Below, piece by piece: positions 45,732 through 55,510 of a stretch of DNA of 64,000 bases (its first letter is position 1; every line of letters starts with the position of its first letter). Where the stretch lies: the IMG/VR virus record IMGVR_UViG_3300025015_000022, positions 1 through 64,000 of that record; one strand, written 5' to 3'. The position numbers and the translations under genes are program-made. Origin of the DNA: a virus. Lineage: Duplodnaviria; Caudoviricetes. The notes under the pieces are model-generated. The model saw nothing but the letters and a program-made list of their open reading frames with translations, was not told the DNA's origin and searched no databases.

Positions 45732-47038
45732 GATACCACCACCTACCGAGGCAGTTCGGGTTCCTGGGGTGGAAGACCCCCGGACGGCCGACGTTCGACG
45801 CGACGAAGATCCGCGTGGGTACGCAGCCGGTCTACTGCCGTGGTGGCATTCAGTACCCCGCGAGCGCGACGCTGGTTCGCGACCCCGACGCCGAGGTTGA
45901 GCAGCCCGTCTCTGGGTGGCAGACCATCACGTGGCCGTTCGTGGCGCTGACGGCGCTGCGGAGCGTGCTTCGCGGGCGTGTGGATTACGAGGCCACGGCG
46001 ACCGAGAGCGAGGTCGAGGTTCGGCTGGTCGGAGCCACTGAGCAGAAGGTCTGGAGCGGCACGGCGTGGGTCGCGGCGACGACCACGTGGAACACCCCGG
46101 CGCAGGTCGAGGCTGGCCTACCGTCGTGGCCTGAGCGCGGCTTGGGCTTGGCGGTGAGGATGCGCACGGTCGACGGCCTGGCGTCACCGGTGTTCGTCGG
46201 GCTCACGGTGCACCTTGAACTGGAGCTGTCGCGGGTGTCGTCGAACGTGCTGCTCCCCAGTGGTTGGTTCGACGACGCGATCTATCGCGGGCTGATCCCG
46301 CTGTTCAACGCAGGCCTGTCGGTGTGGTTCGACACGGAGTTGACCTCGTTCGCGCAGACGCAGGCGGGCAAGTTCAACCTGGTCGACCTCACTGCGGGGG
46401 TGGGAACGCAGAAGGTCACGGTCACGGAGATCGGCGCGGTCTACAACGTCACCGACGATGCGACCCGCACGACGCCGCTTCCTGGTGTTGCCACGGCTAC
46501 GACGTTCACGCTCACGACTCCGATCGTGGTCGGCAAGCGCCTGGCCATCCGTTACAAGGCCAATCCCGACATCGTGACCGGTGGCGACCCAGACGAAGAC
46601 CTGTACGTCGAGCGCATGCCCGCGATGGTCCTCGACGGCTTCCGCGTGCGGGAGCGGGTGCAGGGTGTCGGACGATCGGTGGTAATTGATGAGGGGGCAG
46701 AACTGGCCTACGTCATCGACGCGCCGACGATTGAAGACCTGGGCTTCACGCTGGCGGCCATCGCGGAGAGCAACGGGGAGGCTGCGGACGTGATTGAGGC
46801 GGCGTGCGAGGTGATCGGCAGGACCGGCCGGCGCATGGTCTCCGCGGGCACGGGGATCGGCTACGACGTGCTGGAAGTCGGCGCGCTGGAATTCGGGCGC
46901 CGGGGCGACCTGCACGAGGCTTCGATCGGGCTGCTCTTGCAGGGCGTGCAGCGGTGGGACACGGCAGAGCGATCGGTGCCGTACATGGTTGAACCCAGCG
47001 TCGGCGACGTAACGCTCGACGCGTGGCAAAGAACTTAG
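45728..47038 (+). CDS. tail terminator-like protein with long N-terminal extension
   Basis: Immediately before the sheath gene; MPAMVL...DLGFTLAAIA in the C-terminal third. Confidence 0.45.
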   Translation: MRYHHLPRQFGFLGWKTPGRPTFDATKIRVGTQPVYCRGGIQYPASATLVRDPDAEVEQPVSGWQTITWPFVALTALRSVLRGRVDYEATATESEVEVRLVGATEQKVWSGTAWVAATTTWNTPAQVEAGLPSWPERGLGLAVRMRTVDGLASPVFVGLTVHLELELSRVSSNVLLPSGWFDDAIYRGLIPLFNAGLSVWFDTELTSFAQTQAGKFNLVDLTAGVGTQKVTVTEIGAVYNVTDDATRTTPLPGVATATTFTLTTPIVVGKRLAIRYKANPDIVTGGDPDEDLYVERMPAMVLDGFRVRERVQGVGRSVVIDEGAELAYVIDAPTIEDLGFTLAAIAESNGEAADVIEAACEVIGRTGRRMVSAGTGIGYDVLEVGALEFGRRGDLHEASIGLLLQGVQRWDTAERSVPYMVEPSVGDVTLDAWQRT

Positions 47039-47047
47039 GAGGACCCC

Positions 47048-49855
47048 ATGAGTACGTTCGTCTACGGACCCCAGGCTGGCGGCGCCGGTGTGCGCGTGTT
47101 CCGTCGTGACGCTTCCATCCCGTCGATGCCCGGCGCGTTCGGTTCGAGCGTGGCCATCGGGGCGTTCCGCAAGGGGCCCGTAGGGGTCGTTCTTCATCAG
47201 GGCGGCGCCGACGACGTGAATCGCGTGCGCAAGGATGACCTGATCGTCGAGGACCCGACGCCGCTGGCGGTGCGGCACTTCTTCGACGCGGGCAAGGGGT
47301 CGGGCGTGCTGGCGACGTTGCGGGTGACGGACGGCAACGAGCGTGCGGCGTCGCTGCGGCTGTTCGACAGGTACGTGGATACCACGGTGCGGGCACTGGC
47401 CCCCGACACGCGGACCAACGGCACGGTGGGGCAGTTGGACGCGGCGTCCCCTGGGACGTGGGCGGGCAAGGGGCTGGAGTACGGTGGTTCGGTGGCGGAC
47501 GGTGCGGCGGCCGAGACGGGCCCGACGTTCGCGACGGGCTCGATTGCCTTCGCCAAGGACGAGTTGAAGGGCGGCGTCTTCACGCTCACCGGGCACACGC
47601 GCGAGTGGGCGATCACGGGCAACACCGCGGTGGGCGTCGTGACGGTCCAGGGCGACTTCGTGGCCGAGGCGCTGGCTGCAGTGCCGATCCGCTGGCACGT
47701 CTCGGTGCCCAGCGTGCGCTACGACGGCACCAAGAGCGACCTCACTGTCAGGCTGCGCGACGGCTCGCAGAACCCCGACCTGTCGTTCGGCGTGGTGCTC
47801 TCCGAGGACGGCGGCGAGTACAGCCTGCCGAAGCTCCTGGAACTGAGCCTCGACAGCGACGACACGCGGCACTGGCAGAAGACGATCGACGAGCTGCTGA
47901 GGCAACACGAGCAGTGGGAAGTGGACGCGGCCGACGTGTTCGCCGGAGACCCCGTGTTGGCGCACCTGAAGCCTGCGAACTTCGCCGAGATCCCGTTCCC
48001 GGGCGGCGTGTCCGGCAACACGGTCAAGCTCGAGACCTTCCGCTACAAGCGCACGGGCACGGGCGAGGGCTACATCGCGCGCACCGCGTTCACGGTGGGC
48101 TCGGCGGTGAAGCCGCACTACCTGGTGCTGACCTTCACCGACGCCACCCACTACACGGTGGAGGCGTACGACTTCAACGACATGGCGATCGCTGAAGACC
48201 TGCCGGCCGGCGAGGTGGCGGTGGCCTACGGCCCGCCCGAGCCGCACCTGTCCGGGCACACGGTCACAGCGGCCGGCGCGGCTCACGTCGAAGGCGACAC
48301 CATCACGATCTTCTGCCGCGTGCTGCCGACCGACCTGAAGGCGCGCAAGGCGTGGCTGTACCCGAACGCGTTCGCCTCGACGCACACGGGCTCGAAGGAC
48401 GTGACGCAGCGCTTCCGCGTGACGAAGGTGACGCAGAACGCCGACGGCTCGCAGACGCTGACCCTCGGCTTGAACGACGACCTGGCCGGCATCGCGGTTC
48501 CCCCGGGTCTGCCGCAGGCAGTGGGTACGACCTCCGGGACGTACGCGAACAACGCAATCAAGACGGTCATGTGCTCGCTGGAAGTCGACGGGGTGATCTC
48601 CGGTGTGGCGATCAACGTCTCGACCGCGGGCACGGGTGGCGCCACGGACACCGCTACCCAGGAGGCGGCGGCCATCAACGCGGCGCTGGCAGCCGAGCCC
48701 CGCGTCGAGGCCTTCGTGCACACCGACGACGCCGGGCTGGAGTACGTGGGGCTCCGTGCCACCGCGGCCTGGGGGAACTACGGGCCGAACGCCTCCATCG
48801 TCGTCGACAAGGACGGCACGATCAATACCATCATCGGCTTCTCCGCGGCGGCCGACACCGAGGAAGAGGGCGAGAACCCGACCACCTGCCGGGTGGAGTA
48901 CGAGCAGCCGCTGACGGGTGGCATCGACGGGCACCACGACTTGGCGGACGAAGACTACACCAGCTCGGCCTTCGACCTGGAGGACTCGCCGCTCTTGGAC
49001 CTGCCGCAGTACAACCTGGGGCTGATCACGCTGTTCGCCCCCGGGCAGTACGGCGGCGACATCCAGGACGCTGCCCAGGCCTTCTGCGAGCGGCACGGCT
49101 TCTGGTGGAACGGCACCGTGCAGTCGACGATCACGACGGAGCAGTCCGCGGGCAAGTGGCAGCGGGACAACCTCTCGTCGTTCCTGGAGCACGGCTGGCT
49201 CACCTTCCCGAGCTACTGCGACCTGGCCGACAACCCCTTCGGTGGGTCGACGGCGTATCAGGCCGACATGATGGGGCTGATCACGGGGCTCGAGGCGAAC
49301 CTGTCCGTGCGGCGCAAGGGCTACCAGAAGGCCCCCGCGGGTGCGGACCTGCGGCTCGATGGCTGGGTGCGCCGGCTGACGACCGACGCGACCGACGACC
49401 CGAACCCGATGAACGACGCGATCCTGAACGGGTACGGGATTCGCACGATCATGCACCAGGGGTCGAGCATCTACCTGTTCGGCGACGAGGCCCCTGGGTT
49501 GAACGGCAAGGGGACGATCTGGGTGCACAAGGCGAAGAGCATCCTGCACCTGGTGGCCGAGATCCGGGCGAACATGTACCAGTACGTCTACGAGGTGGTG
49601 GACGACGACCTGCGCAAGAAGGTGGTCTCGGCGTTGCGGAGCATCTTCCGCCCGCACCACAAGGACGGCTGGTTCAAGGGTACGGGGGAGTTCGACAGCG
49701 ACGTGCAGATCGTCGCGAACGACACGAACAACCCTCCCGAGGTGCAGGCGCTGGGCAAGGTGGTTGCCACCTGCACGTTCGAGATCGTAGAGACGGCGAA
49801 GGTCGTCGAGGTGGTGCTTGGGACGAAGGGCATGGCGGTTCGCGCGGCGGCGTAA
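47048..49855 (+). CDS. contractile tail sheath protein (enlarged)
   Basis: N-terminal AIGAFRKGPV; C-terminal LNGYGIRTI...IWVHK...VYE...GWFKG...VATC.FEIVETAKVV. Confidence 0.85.
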   Translation: MSTFVYGPQAGGAGVRVFRRDASIPSMPGAFGSSVAIGAFRKGPVGVVLHQGGADDVNRVRKDDLIVEDPTPLAVRHFFDAGKGSGVLATLRVTDGNERAASLRLFDRYVDTTVRALAPDTRTNGTVGQLDAASPGTWAGKGLEYGGSVADGAAAETGPTFATGSIAFAKDELKGGVFTLTGHTREWAITGNTAVGVVTVQGDFVAEALAAVPIRWHVSVPSVRYDGTKSDLTVRLRDGSQNPDLSFGVVLSEDGGEYSLPKLLELSLDSDDTRHWQKTIDELLRQHEQWEVDAADVFAGDPVLAHLKPANFAEIPFPGGVSGNTVKLETFRYKRTGTGEGYIARTAFTVGSAVKPHYLVLTFTDATHYTVEAYDFNDMAIAEDLPAGEVAVAYGPPEPHLSGHTVTAAGAAHVEGDTITIFCRVLPTDLKARKAWLYPNAFASTHTGSKDVTQRFRVTKVTQNADGSQTLTLGLNDDLAGIAVPPGLPQAVGTTSGTYANNAIKTVMCSLEVDGVISGVAINVSTAGTGGATDTATQEAAAINAALAAEPRVEAFVHTDDAGLEYVGLRATAAWGNYGPNASIVVDKDGTINTIIGFSAAADTEEEGENPTTCRVEYEQPLTGGIDGHHDLADEDYTSSAFDLEDSPLLDLPQYNLGLITLFAPGQYGGDIQDAAQAFCERHGFWWNGTVQSTITTEQSAGKWQRDNLSSFLEHGWLTFPSYCDLADNPFGGSTAYQADMMGLITGLEANLSVRRKGYQKAPAGADLRLDGWVRRLTTDATDDPNPMNDAILNGYGIRTIMHQGSSIYLFGDEAPGLNGKGTIWVHKAKSILHLVAEIRANMYQYVYEVVDDDLRKKVVSALRSIFRPHHKDGWFKGTGEFDSDVQIVANDTNNPPEVQALGKVVATCTFEIVETAKVVEVVLGTKGMAVRAAA

Positions 49856-49877
49856 CCCTGGCGAGTCGTGAGGATCG

Positions 49878-50837
49878 ATGGACGCTCAGACCTACAACGC
49901 GAAGCAGGCCGGCGCCGTCTGGAAGGTCGAGGATCTTCCGTGGTGGCTGCGCAGCCTCACCCCTTCCGGGCTCCAGTTTGCCAAGGAGGTGAGGCGCTTC
50001 CAGGCGGCGCACGGCTTGTTCCCGCAGGACGGGAAGCTTGGTCCGGCGACGTGGGCAGCGGTGCGGGAGGTGGAGCGTCTGCGTGTGGGTGTGGCTGGGG
50101 ACTTCGGGCCGACGCACCTGGCGAACACGGAGATCGTGGCTTCGGCGCGTGAGGAGCGCACGCGGCGGGTCAATGTGGCCGGCGTGGGGATTCACACCAC
50201 GGGCTGCGGCATCTACAACGCGGCGGTGCAGCACGGGTGGACGGGAGAAGCGGGGTTGGAGCGCGTGCTGCGCAACCTGCTGTCTGCGCCGTTGAGCTAC
50301 GTGAGCCACGCGTACGTGCTGCCGAGTGGCAAGACGCTGTTGGCGGTCCCGGTGGACGAGTGCGCGGTGCACGGGGCGATCTCGCCGTACCGCGACCTGT
50401 ACGCCAGGGGCTTCGACGTCTGGCGATGGTGGCGTGGGACGACGCCGACGGACTTGCGCAAGCACACGCAGGAGCATCGGTACGACGACTGGAAGGCGCT
50501 GGCGGACCGGTACGGGTGGGTGAGTCCCTTCGACGTGTGCGCCGACCCCAACAACCTGCTGTGGGCGTTCGACCTGGTGCCGGTGATTGCTGAGGGCCGC
50601 GAGGTATTCAGCGCGGCGCAGTTCCAGCGGGCGGCCGAACTGCTGGCGTGGGCTGGCGAGGCGTTCGGACTGAAGCTGGGGATGGAGACCGTCCACCTTC
50701 ATTGCGAGTGGTCGCCTATTACAAGATGGCACTGGGACCCTGGCGCCAACTGGAGCCGGAAGCGCGTGGGCGCGCTGCTCCGGGGCATTGCTGGGCACGA
50801 GGGCGAGTACCTCGGCGACGACGACGTGGAGGCGTGA
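49878..50837 (+). CDS. endolysin: peptidoglycan-binding domain + Amidase_2-like amidase
   Basis: EVRRFQAAHGL..DGKLGPATW, GIHTTG, SHAYV, HLHCEW...WDPG. Confidence 0.8.
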   Translation: MDAQTYNAKQAGAVWKVEDLPWWLRSLTPSGLQFAKEVRRFQAAHGLFPQDGKLGPATWAAVREVERLRVGVAGDFGPTHLANTEIVASAREERTRRVNVAGVGIHTTGCGIYNAAVQHGWTGEAGLERVLRNLLSAPLSYVSHAYVLPSGKTLLAVPVDECAVHGAISPYRDLYARGFDVWRWWRGTTPTDLRKHTQEHRYDDWKALADRYGWVSPFDVCADPNNLLWAFDLVPVIAEGREVFSAAQFQRAAELLAWAGEAFGLKLGMETVHLHCEWSPITRWHWDPGANWSRKRVGALLRGIAGHEGEYLGDDDVEA

Positions 50838-51271
50838 TGCAGCGTAGGACGGCGGCGATCGGCGCTGGGGTCGTACTCGTGCTCATCGTGGGATGTATGG
50901 GTGCGACGGCGCTCGCGAACGGCGCCGCGACGGCCACCGACCCGAACACGTGGACGGCCATGAACGCGATCGTCAACGCTGCAAGCCTCATTGGCGGCGT
51001 GCTGGCGTCGGTCGTGGCGTGGGTCGTGCGATCGATCAACATGCGGCTCAAGCGGATGAACGAGTTGCTGGAGGCGTGGGGCGACTGGCAGCGCGAGCAC
51101 TACGAGGCCACGCGGGCGAACGTGACGCTGCTGGCCACGAAGCAGAACGGCCACGAGGTAGCGTGTGTGGGCGAGCATGGCCCGATGGCTGGGCGTCCGT
51201 CAGTGCCAGAGGTTCCGATGTTCGACTGGCCGGCGCCCCCGCGGCGCAGGTCGAATGACCAAACGTTCTGA
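50837..51271 (+). CDS. membrane protein (holin/antiholin-like)
   Basis: TGATG overlap with the endolysin; two hydrophobic segments; IVGC possible lipobox. Confidence 0.55.
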   Translation: MQRRTAAIGAGVVLVLIVGCMGATALANGAATATDPNTWTAMNAIVNAASLIGGVLASVVAWVVRSINMRLKRMNELLEAWGDWQREHYEATRANVTLLATKQNGHEVACVGEHGPMAGRPSVPEVPMFDWPAPPRRRSNDQTF

Positions 51272-51282
51272 GGAGGATCGAC

Positions 51283-51846
51283 ATGAACTTCAAGGCGGTT
51301 GCGCAACTCGTGGCCCTGGTGCTGTACCTGGGCGCGTGGTGGGTCAAGAAGGCGTTCGGCTGGGACGTGCAGCCCTCGGTGCTCGTGGCGGTGGGCGGGA
51401 TGCTCGTGACGTTCATCATGCACGCGCCGGCCATGACCGGGAAGTGGGCACCGACGATCGCGAAGGTGCTGGGCGTGGCGTTCGCCTGTGTCGCGGTGGC
51501 GTTCACGGTGGCACCCGTCGAGACGGCTGGGGCGTTGAAGCTCTCGGACCAGATCGCGGCAACCGAGGTGATCGTCAACCCGACCCCTGCGGAGCCCGAC
51601 GCCAGCAACGAGGCGGCCCCGTCCGTCGCTCCAGACGTCATTGGCGGTATCTCCGAGGCCACCGACGCCCCCGAGACGCTCCTGGCGCATCCTGACGCTT
51701 CGCCTGCCACCGTTCCAGCGGTTCCCCCCGTTCTCACCACCGACATCATCGGCGCCAAGCCCGTGACCGATACCGATCCTGTGATCGATCCCAAGACCAA
51801 CGAACCCTCCGGTGCGGGGCAGGGCCTCGACACCGCGGGCCAGTGA
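51283..51846 (+). CDS. three-TM holin-like protein with acidic Pro/Thr tail
   Basis: Three hydrophobic helices in the first ~80 aa. Confidence 0.55.
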   Translation: MNFKAVAQLVALVLYLGAWWVKKAFGWDVQPSVLVAVGGMLVTFIMHAPAMTGKWAPTIAKVLGVAFACVAVAFTVAPVETAGALKLSDQIAATEVIVNPTPAEPDASNEAAPSVAPDVIGGISEATDAPETLLAHPDASPATVPAVPPVLTTDIIGAKPVTDTDPVIDPKTNEPSGAGQGLDTAGQ

Positions 51847-51859
51847 GAAGGAGGAACCC

Positions 51860-52342
51860 ATGTCGACCCCCACCCGCAGCGACGGCGAGCGCCATCCCAA
51901 CGTCGCGAACTTCGAGCTGGGCATCGGCGGCCCAGGCATCCCCGACGGCAAGGGCGGATTCCTGCCGGGAACCCTGACGCCGATCTCCGTCAGCGGTCTG
52001 GAGACGTCTCTCGTGACGTTCGAGACCACCGACGGCAAGGCGCACTCGGGCGGACGCATCAAGAGCGCCGAGGTGTCGCTGGAGTTCTACGCCAACGACC
52101 CCATCCAGATGGGCATCCTGCTCGCGTGGTGGCTGGCGTCGAAGATGGGGCTTCCCGGACACAACCCGCCGGGGATCCTCACTGTCCGCGGGACCGACGA
52201 GAAGGTGCTGGCGACGTGGGAGGTCGAGCGCATGTTCCTCACCAGCCCGCCGAACCCGCCCAGCCTCGACCGTGGCTCCCCCGCGGCGGCGAAGATCGCG
52301 GTCAAGGCCAGCGCGTACAACTGCGTCTACATCCCCGGGTAG
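51860..52342 (+). CDS. tail tube protein (T4 gp19/Afp1-like)
   Basis: ANFELGIGG, ISVSGLETSLVTFETTDG, VLATWEVERMF...PSLD. Confidence 0.8.
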   Translation: MSTPTRSDGERHPNVANFELGIGGPGIPDGKGGFLPGTLTPISVSGLETSLVTFETTDGKAHSGGRIKSAEVSLEFYANDPIQMGILLAWWLASKMGLPGHNPPGILTVRGTDEKVLATWEVERMFLTSPPNPPSLDRGSPAAAKIAVKASAYNCVYIPG

Positions 52343-52372
52343 TACCGGGCGAGAGCGGAGAGGGGTAATCCC

Positions 52373-53227
52373 ATGACCGGAACGAACGGAGCGCAGGAAC
52401 CCAAACTCACGCGGGGCACACTCGCGGAGATGGGCCAGCGTCTTCCCCACGGGCGAAAGCTCGGCGACGAGTGCAGGCAGGACTTCGAGTTGAAGCCCGC
52501 GTCGACTCGGGTGGAGATCGCTGTCGGTGACGTCAGGGCCAACCGGGAGCACGTCGGAAACTCCAACCGAATGCTGGTCTACGCGCTGAAGGAATGCCTC
52601 GCGTCGGTGGGGGGGCGAACAATCGAAGAGATCGCCAAGCCCGGAGGCGACATCGTCGTGCCCACCATCGCGGGGTTGCCGTTCGTCGACATCATCACGA
52701 TGCTGTACTACCGGCAGTGGAAGCAGCGAAAGCGCGTGGTCTTCACTGCGGAGACGAACACCTGCCCGAGGTGCAGGCATCCGATCCCGGCAGGAACGGA
52801 GTTGGACCTTGGCGACATGGTCGTCTACTACCACGAGCCGTGGAGTACCCCGCCGACGATCACCGTAGAGATCGAGCCACAGAAGATCCCGGGACTCGGT
52901 GAGGTGAAGTCGCTGACCCTCAAAGTCCCGGCGTGGATGGAGTCGCATTTCACGCTGAGCGACCAGGACATGCGGAACGACACGCGGCAGAAGCTGGCCA
53001 TCGTGGAGGGCGCCGTCTGTGGCACCGACACGAGGCCTGTCGAGGCGTTCGTTCGACCGCCCAAGGGCTACATGATTGACCTTCCCCCGGACACCATAGA
53101 CTCGCTCGTGGTCGACGTGTTCGGGCTTTCCGGGGGCCCTGTCCCCATGCTGCCTGCCAAGTGCGGACGCGATGGCTGCTCGGGTGCCGTTGACGTCCCT
53201 TTTTCGTGGCGGGAGACGATCTCGTAG
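52373..53227 (+). CDS. tail assembly chaperone (G), Zn-binding
   Basis: Between tube and TMP; CPRC and CGRDGC; slippery site at the 3' end. Confidence 0.75.
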   Translation: MTGTNGAQEPKLTRGTLAEMGQRLPHGRKLGDECRQDFELKPASTRVEIAVGDVRANREHVGNSNRMLVYALKECLASVGGRTIEEIAKPGGDIVVPTIAGLPFVDIITMLYYRQWKQRKRVVFTAETNTCPRCRHPIPAGTELDLGDMVVYYHEPWSTPPTITVEIEPQKIPGLGEVKSLTLKVPAWMESHFTLSDQDMRNDTRQKLAIVEGAVCGTDTRPVEAFVRPPKGYMIDLPPDTIDSLVVDVFGLSGGPVPMLPAKCGRDGCSGAVDVPFSWRETIS

Positions 53228-53424
53228 ACTGCATGGGCGGGCACACGTTCTCTGACTTGTACGAGCACCTCCTGGACTGGATTCTACGAGCACGGCGGGG
53301 AGGTGTGACGTTGTCCGACCTGCTGGATATGCCGCTGTGGCAGGTGGAGCAGATCATGGATTCGATCCGGGGGAATGAGCAGCGCGTGCGGGATTGGGTG
53401 AAGAACCACCCGAACGGAGAGTGA
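53197..53424 (+). CDS. -1 frameshift extension (T) of the tail assembly chaperone
   Basis: C CCT TTT heptamer 53197-53203 is in register. The -1 frame stays open to TGA 53422-53424, just before the TMP ATG. Confidence 0.8.
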   Translation, partial: PFFVAGDDLVDCMGGHTFSDLYEHLLDWILRARRGGVTLSDLLDMPLWQVEQIMDSIRGNEQRVRDWVKNHPNGE

Positions 53425-53425
53425 G

Positions 53426-55507
53426 ATGGGCGCGACAAGCGAGCAGTTCGACCTATGGGTTGCGCTCCGGCTGAAGGACCAGGGCCTGAAGGCGGGGATG
53501 GCCCAGGCCGGGGTTGCAGCCAAGGGAACCCGGCAGGAAGTCGACGGTCTCGGGAAGTCCATCGTCTCGACATCTGGCTCCATGCTGAAGATGGTGGGCG
53601 CTCTCTCGGGCGTCTCCGGGCTGGTCGGGCTGGTCGCGAAGGGCACACGGGAATTCACCAAACTTGAAGACGGCTTGGCGAAGGTCGACACGCTGCTCGC
53701 AGAGGGCCAGAATGCTGCGATCATGTACGGCGACGCCATGGAGTCGATATCCGTACGCTTCGGGACGGACATCAGCGTGGTCACGACGGGGCTGTACCAG
53801 GCGATCTCCGCGTCGGTGGACACGAGGCAGGCGCTTGATTTCATGACCGTGGCTGGCAAGACGGCCATCGGCGGTCTCACCGACACGGCCACAGCGGTCG
53901 ACGGGTTGACGAACGTAATCAATGCCTACGGGCTGGGCACCGAGAGGGCGACGCATGTAGCCGACGTGTTCGCGCTGGCGCAGAAGCGGGGCAAGACGAC
54001 CATCGGCGAGATGGCTGCGGTGATCGGGCAGATTGCGCCGCTGGCCGCGTCGATGGGCGTGTCGTTCGAGTCCGTTGGGGCTGCGCTAGCCACTGCCACG
54101 AAGCAAGGCATCAACATCGCATCGGCTACGACCTCTCTCAGGATGGTGATCGCTTCGATCGTGAAGCCCCCCGAGGAAGCAAAGAAGGTGTTGAAGGAAC
54201 TTGGGATCGAGTGGGGCGCGCAGACGCTGAAGACGAAGGGCCTGGCTGGGTCGCTGAAATACCTGAAAGAGGGACTCGGCGGTAACACCGAGATGATGTC
54301 CAAGGTGCTCGGAAGCGTCGAGGCGTTGAATATCGCGCTGGCGCTGACCAGCGATCGGGGCATGAAGGACTTCGTTGAGATCCAAGACGAGATGGTCACG
54401 AAGTCGGGTGAGATCGAGGTGGCGTTCGGGAAGATGGAGGCAACGACGGGGCACAAGATCCGGTCGATGGAGCAGGCGTTCAACCGGGCGAGTCGGCAGA
54501 TCGGCGTGGCGTTCTTCGACGCGATCGGGCTGAAGAGCGGCGACTTCGAGAAGAACGTTGTTGGGATGGCCGATCAGATCGGGAAGGCCGTCGGAACGCT
54601 GGCGAAGAACATCGGGTTGCTGGTGGACGTAAGCGAGCGACTGTTTTTAATCTGGGGCGCGGCGAAGCTGTCAGGCGCTGCCAGGGCGTATCTCGGGAGC
54701 ATCGGCGCTGCGGCGGCAGTGAGCGGTGCCGCCGGGGGGGTGGGTACTACTGGAACCGCTGCAACCTTCGACGCGAATACAAGGACCTCTGCGATGGCAG
54801 CGCCAGCAGTGACGCAGGGGCTCGGTGTACGTGCTGCCGGTTTTGCCTCGAAGGCGATCGGCGTGGCCGCCGGGATTGGCATCACCTACGAAGTGGCGAG
54901 CATCATCGCTGGCGTAATCGAGACGGGTAGTATCCAGAACGCAGAGAACGAGCGCGCATTGTCGACGTCGCGGTTGACCGTGGACCAAGCACGGATGGCG
55001 GTGTCGAAAAAGGGTGGTGGCGTAGAAGGTACGCGTGAGTTTGCGATGTACATGGCGTTGAAGGAGATCGACTACCAGCGTGCACAGGTATCCGCTGGCG
55101 CAGGTGTTCTCACCCGCGCGGATTTGTTGACCGAGTTCGACCGCGGCGCCGGAGAGCGTCTCACGAAACTGACCGACAAGTATTTTCAAGATTACGGTGC
55201 GCTGATGGACAAACCGGCCGGCGCGTTTTCTGGACTGCTATCCGCCGGTGATCGGATCGCCGGGTCGTTCAAGAACCTGGGAATGACGCTCAGGATGCAA
55301 CTCGACCACACCATTACGGACAAGACAAAGAAGCCCGTCGACCACAATTCATCCGTCCGCGCTCGTGTCGACCGTGGCGAGGGCCAGGCGCGGCTCGTCT
55401 CCCCCGAGTACCGCATGACCCTGGTTCGCGAGGGCGCTGGCGGGCTGGTGACGCAGCCCCTGCAAGACGACGTGATCGATCTCACCATGCTGGACGCACG
55501 GAGGTAG
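53426..55507 (+). CDS. tape measure protein
   Basis: TP901-like core (AGKTAIGGLTD, ADVFALAQKRGKTTIGEM); Ala/Gly-rich. Confidence 0.9.
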   Translation: MGATSEQFDLWVALRLKDQGLKAGMAQAGVAAKGTRQEVDGLGKSIVSTSGSMLKMVGALSGVSGLVGLVAKGTREFTKLEDGLAKVDTLLAEGQNAAIMYGDAMESISVRFGTDISVVTTGLYQAISASVDTRQALDFMTVAGKTAIGGLTDTATAVDGLTNVINAYGLGTERATHVADVFALAQKRGKTTIGEMAAVIGQIAPLAASMGVSFESVGAALATATKQGINIASATTSLRMVIASIVKPPEEAKKVLKELGIEWGAQTLKTKGLAGSLKYLKEGLGGNTEMMSKVLGSVEALNIALALTSDRGMKDFVEIQDEMVTKSGEIEVAFGKMEATTGHKIRSMEQAFNRASRQIGVAFFDAIGLKSGDFEKNVVGMADQIGKAVGTLAKNIGLLVDVSERLFLIWGAAKLSGAARAYLGSIGAAAAVSGAAGGVGTTGTAATFDANTRTSAMAAPAVTQGLGVRAAGFASKAIGVAAGIGITYEVASIIAGVIETGSIQNAENERALSTSRLTVDQARMAVSKKGGGVEGTREFAMYMALKEIDYQRAQVSAGAGVLTRADLLTEFDRGAGERLTKLTDKYFQDYGALMDKPAGAFSGLLSAGDRIAGSFKNLGMTLRMQLDHTITDKTKKPVDHNSSVRARVDRGEGQARLVSPEYRMTLVREGAGGLVTQPLQDDVIDLTMLDARR

Positions 55508-55510
55508 GCC

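Noticed and set aside
1402-53293. Long minus-strand and off-frame ORFs (e.g. 1402-3084, 33932-36154, 46184-49660)
   Set aside because: Arg/Pro/His-rich shadows of real + strand genes, typical of high GC.
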